Origin: Podarcis bocagei
Lineage: Eukaryota
Strand: one strand, 5' to 3'
Assembly: GCA_964188305.1 (NCBI GenBank)
Contig: OZ076887.1
DNA: 64,000 bases
The position numbers were made by a program, and so were the translations under genes. Shown piece by piece: positions 63,876 to 64,000 of the stretch. A model generated the notes under the pieces. The model saw nothing but the letters and a program-made list of their open reading frames with translations, did not search any database and was not told the DNA's origin. The stretch's first letter is position 1, and each line of letters opens with the position of its first letter.

Positions 63876-64000
63876 CTTCAGCTAATCGTATCAAGCTCTC
63901 TAATAAGCGGATGGTGGTTCGCGCAGCGTTCCTGCAATCGCTCTGCCTCTGCATCTGATAATAGCGGACAAGAATCAAGTTGCTTTCATCAGTCAATACT
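63876..64000 (-). CDS. MCM9: MCM9 internal coding exon (partial, runs off the window end); C-terminal part of the AAA+ domain
   Basis: Translates as [41 protein letters not shown], the MCM sensor-II region, close to recalled human MCM9. Ends at donor GAAG|GTGAGA (phase 1). Confidence 0.96.

Overview
This is vertebrate genomic DNA, most likely from a lacertid lizard, judged from its Sauria-SINE and Squam3-type SINE content. It is not prokaryotic. The window holds two genes, both on the minus strand and in the same order as in mammals. The 3' end of MCM9 is at the right (last four coding exons, 60766-64000). The 5' end of CEP85L is at the left (CpG-island promoter and exon 1 at about 21.1 kb, exon 2 at 6483-6644). 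Splice phases are consistent throughout. The rest is intron and intergenic DNA dense in Tc1/mariner-pogo and hAT MITEs (several nested), tRNA-derived SINEs, and CR1, L2 and Penelope relics. Almost all ORFs in the supplied track are non-coding noise. I found no convincing new multi-gene system. The most notable hidden signals are: (1) a near-intact minimal hammerhead ribozyme in a Penelope-like relic at about 30.0 kb; (2) an inverted Penelope repeat with split ribozyme halves and a 13-bp target-site duplication (TSD) at about 6.1 kb; (3) a uORF with an AUGA stop-start overlap plus CAG tracts in the CEP85L leader; (4) a phase-compatible candidate alternative 5' exon chain for CEP85L; (5) a pre-miRNA-like hairpin; and (6) CTCF, AP-1 and GATA motif clusters. 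Gene and repeat family names come from recalled sequence similarity, not from database searches.
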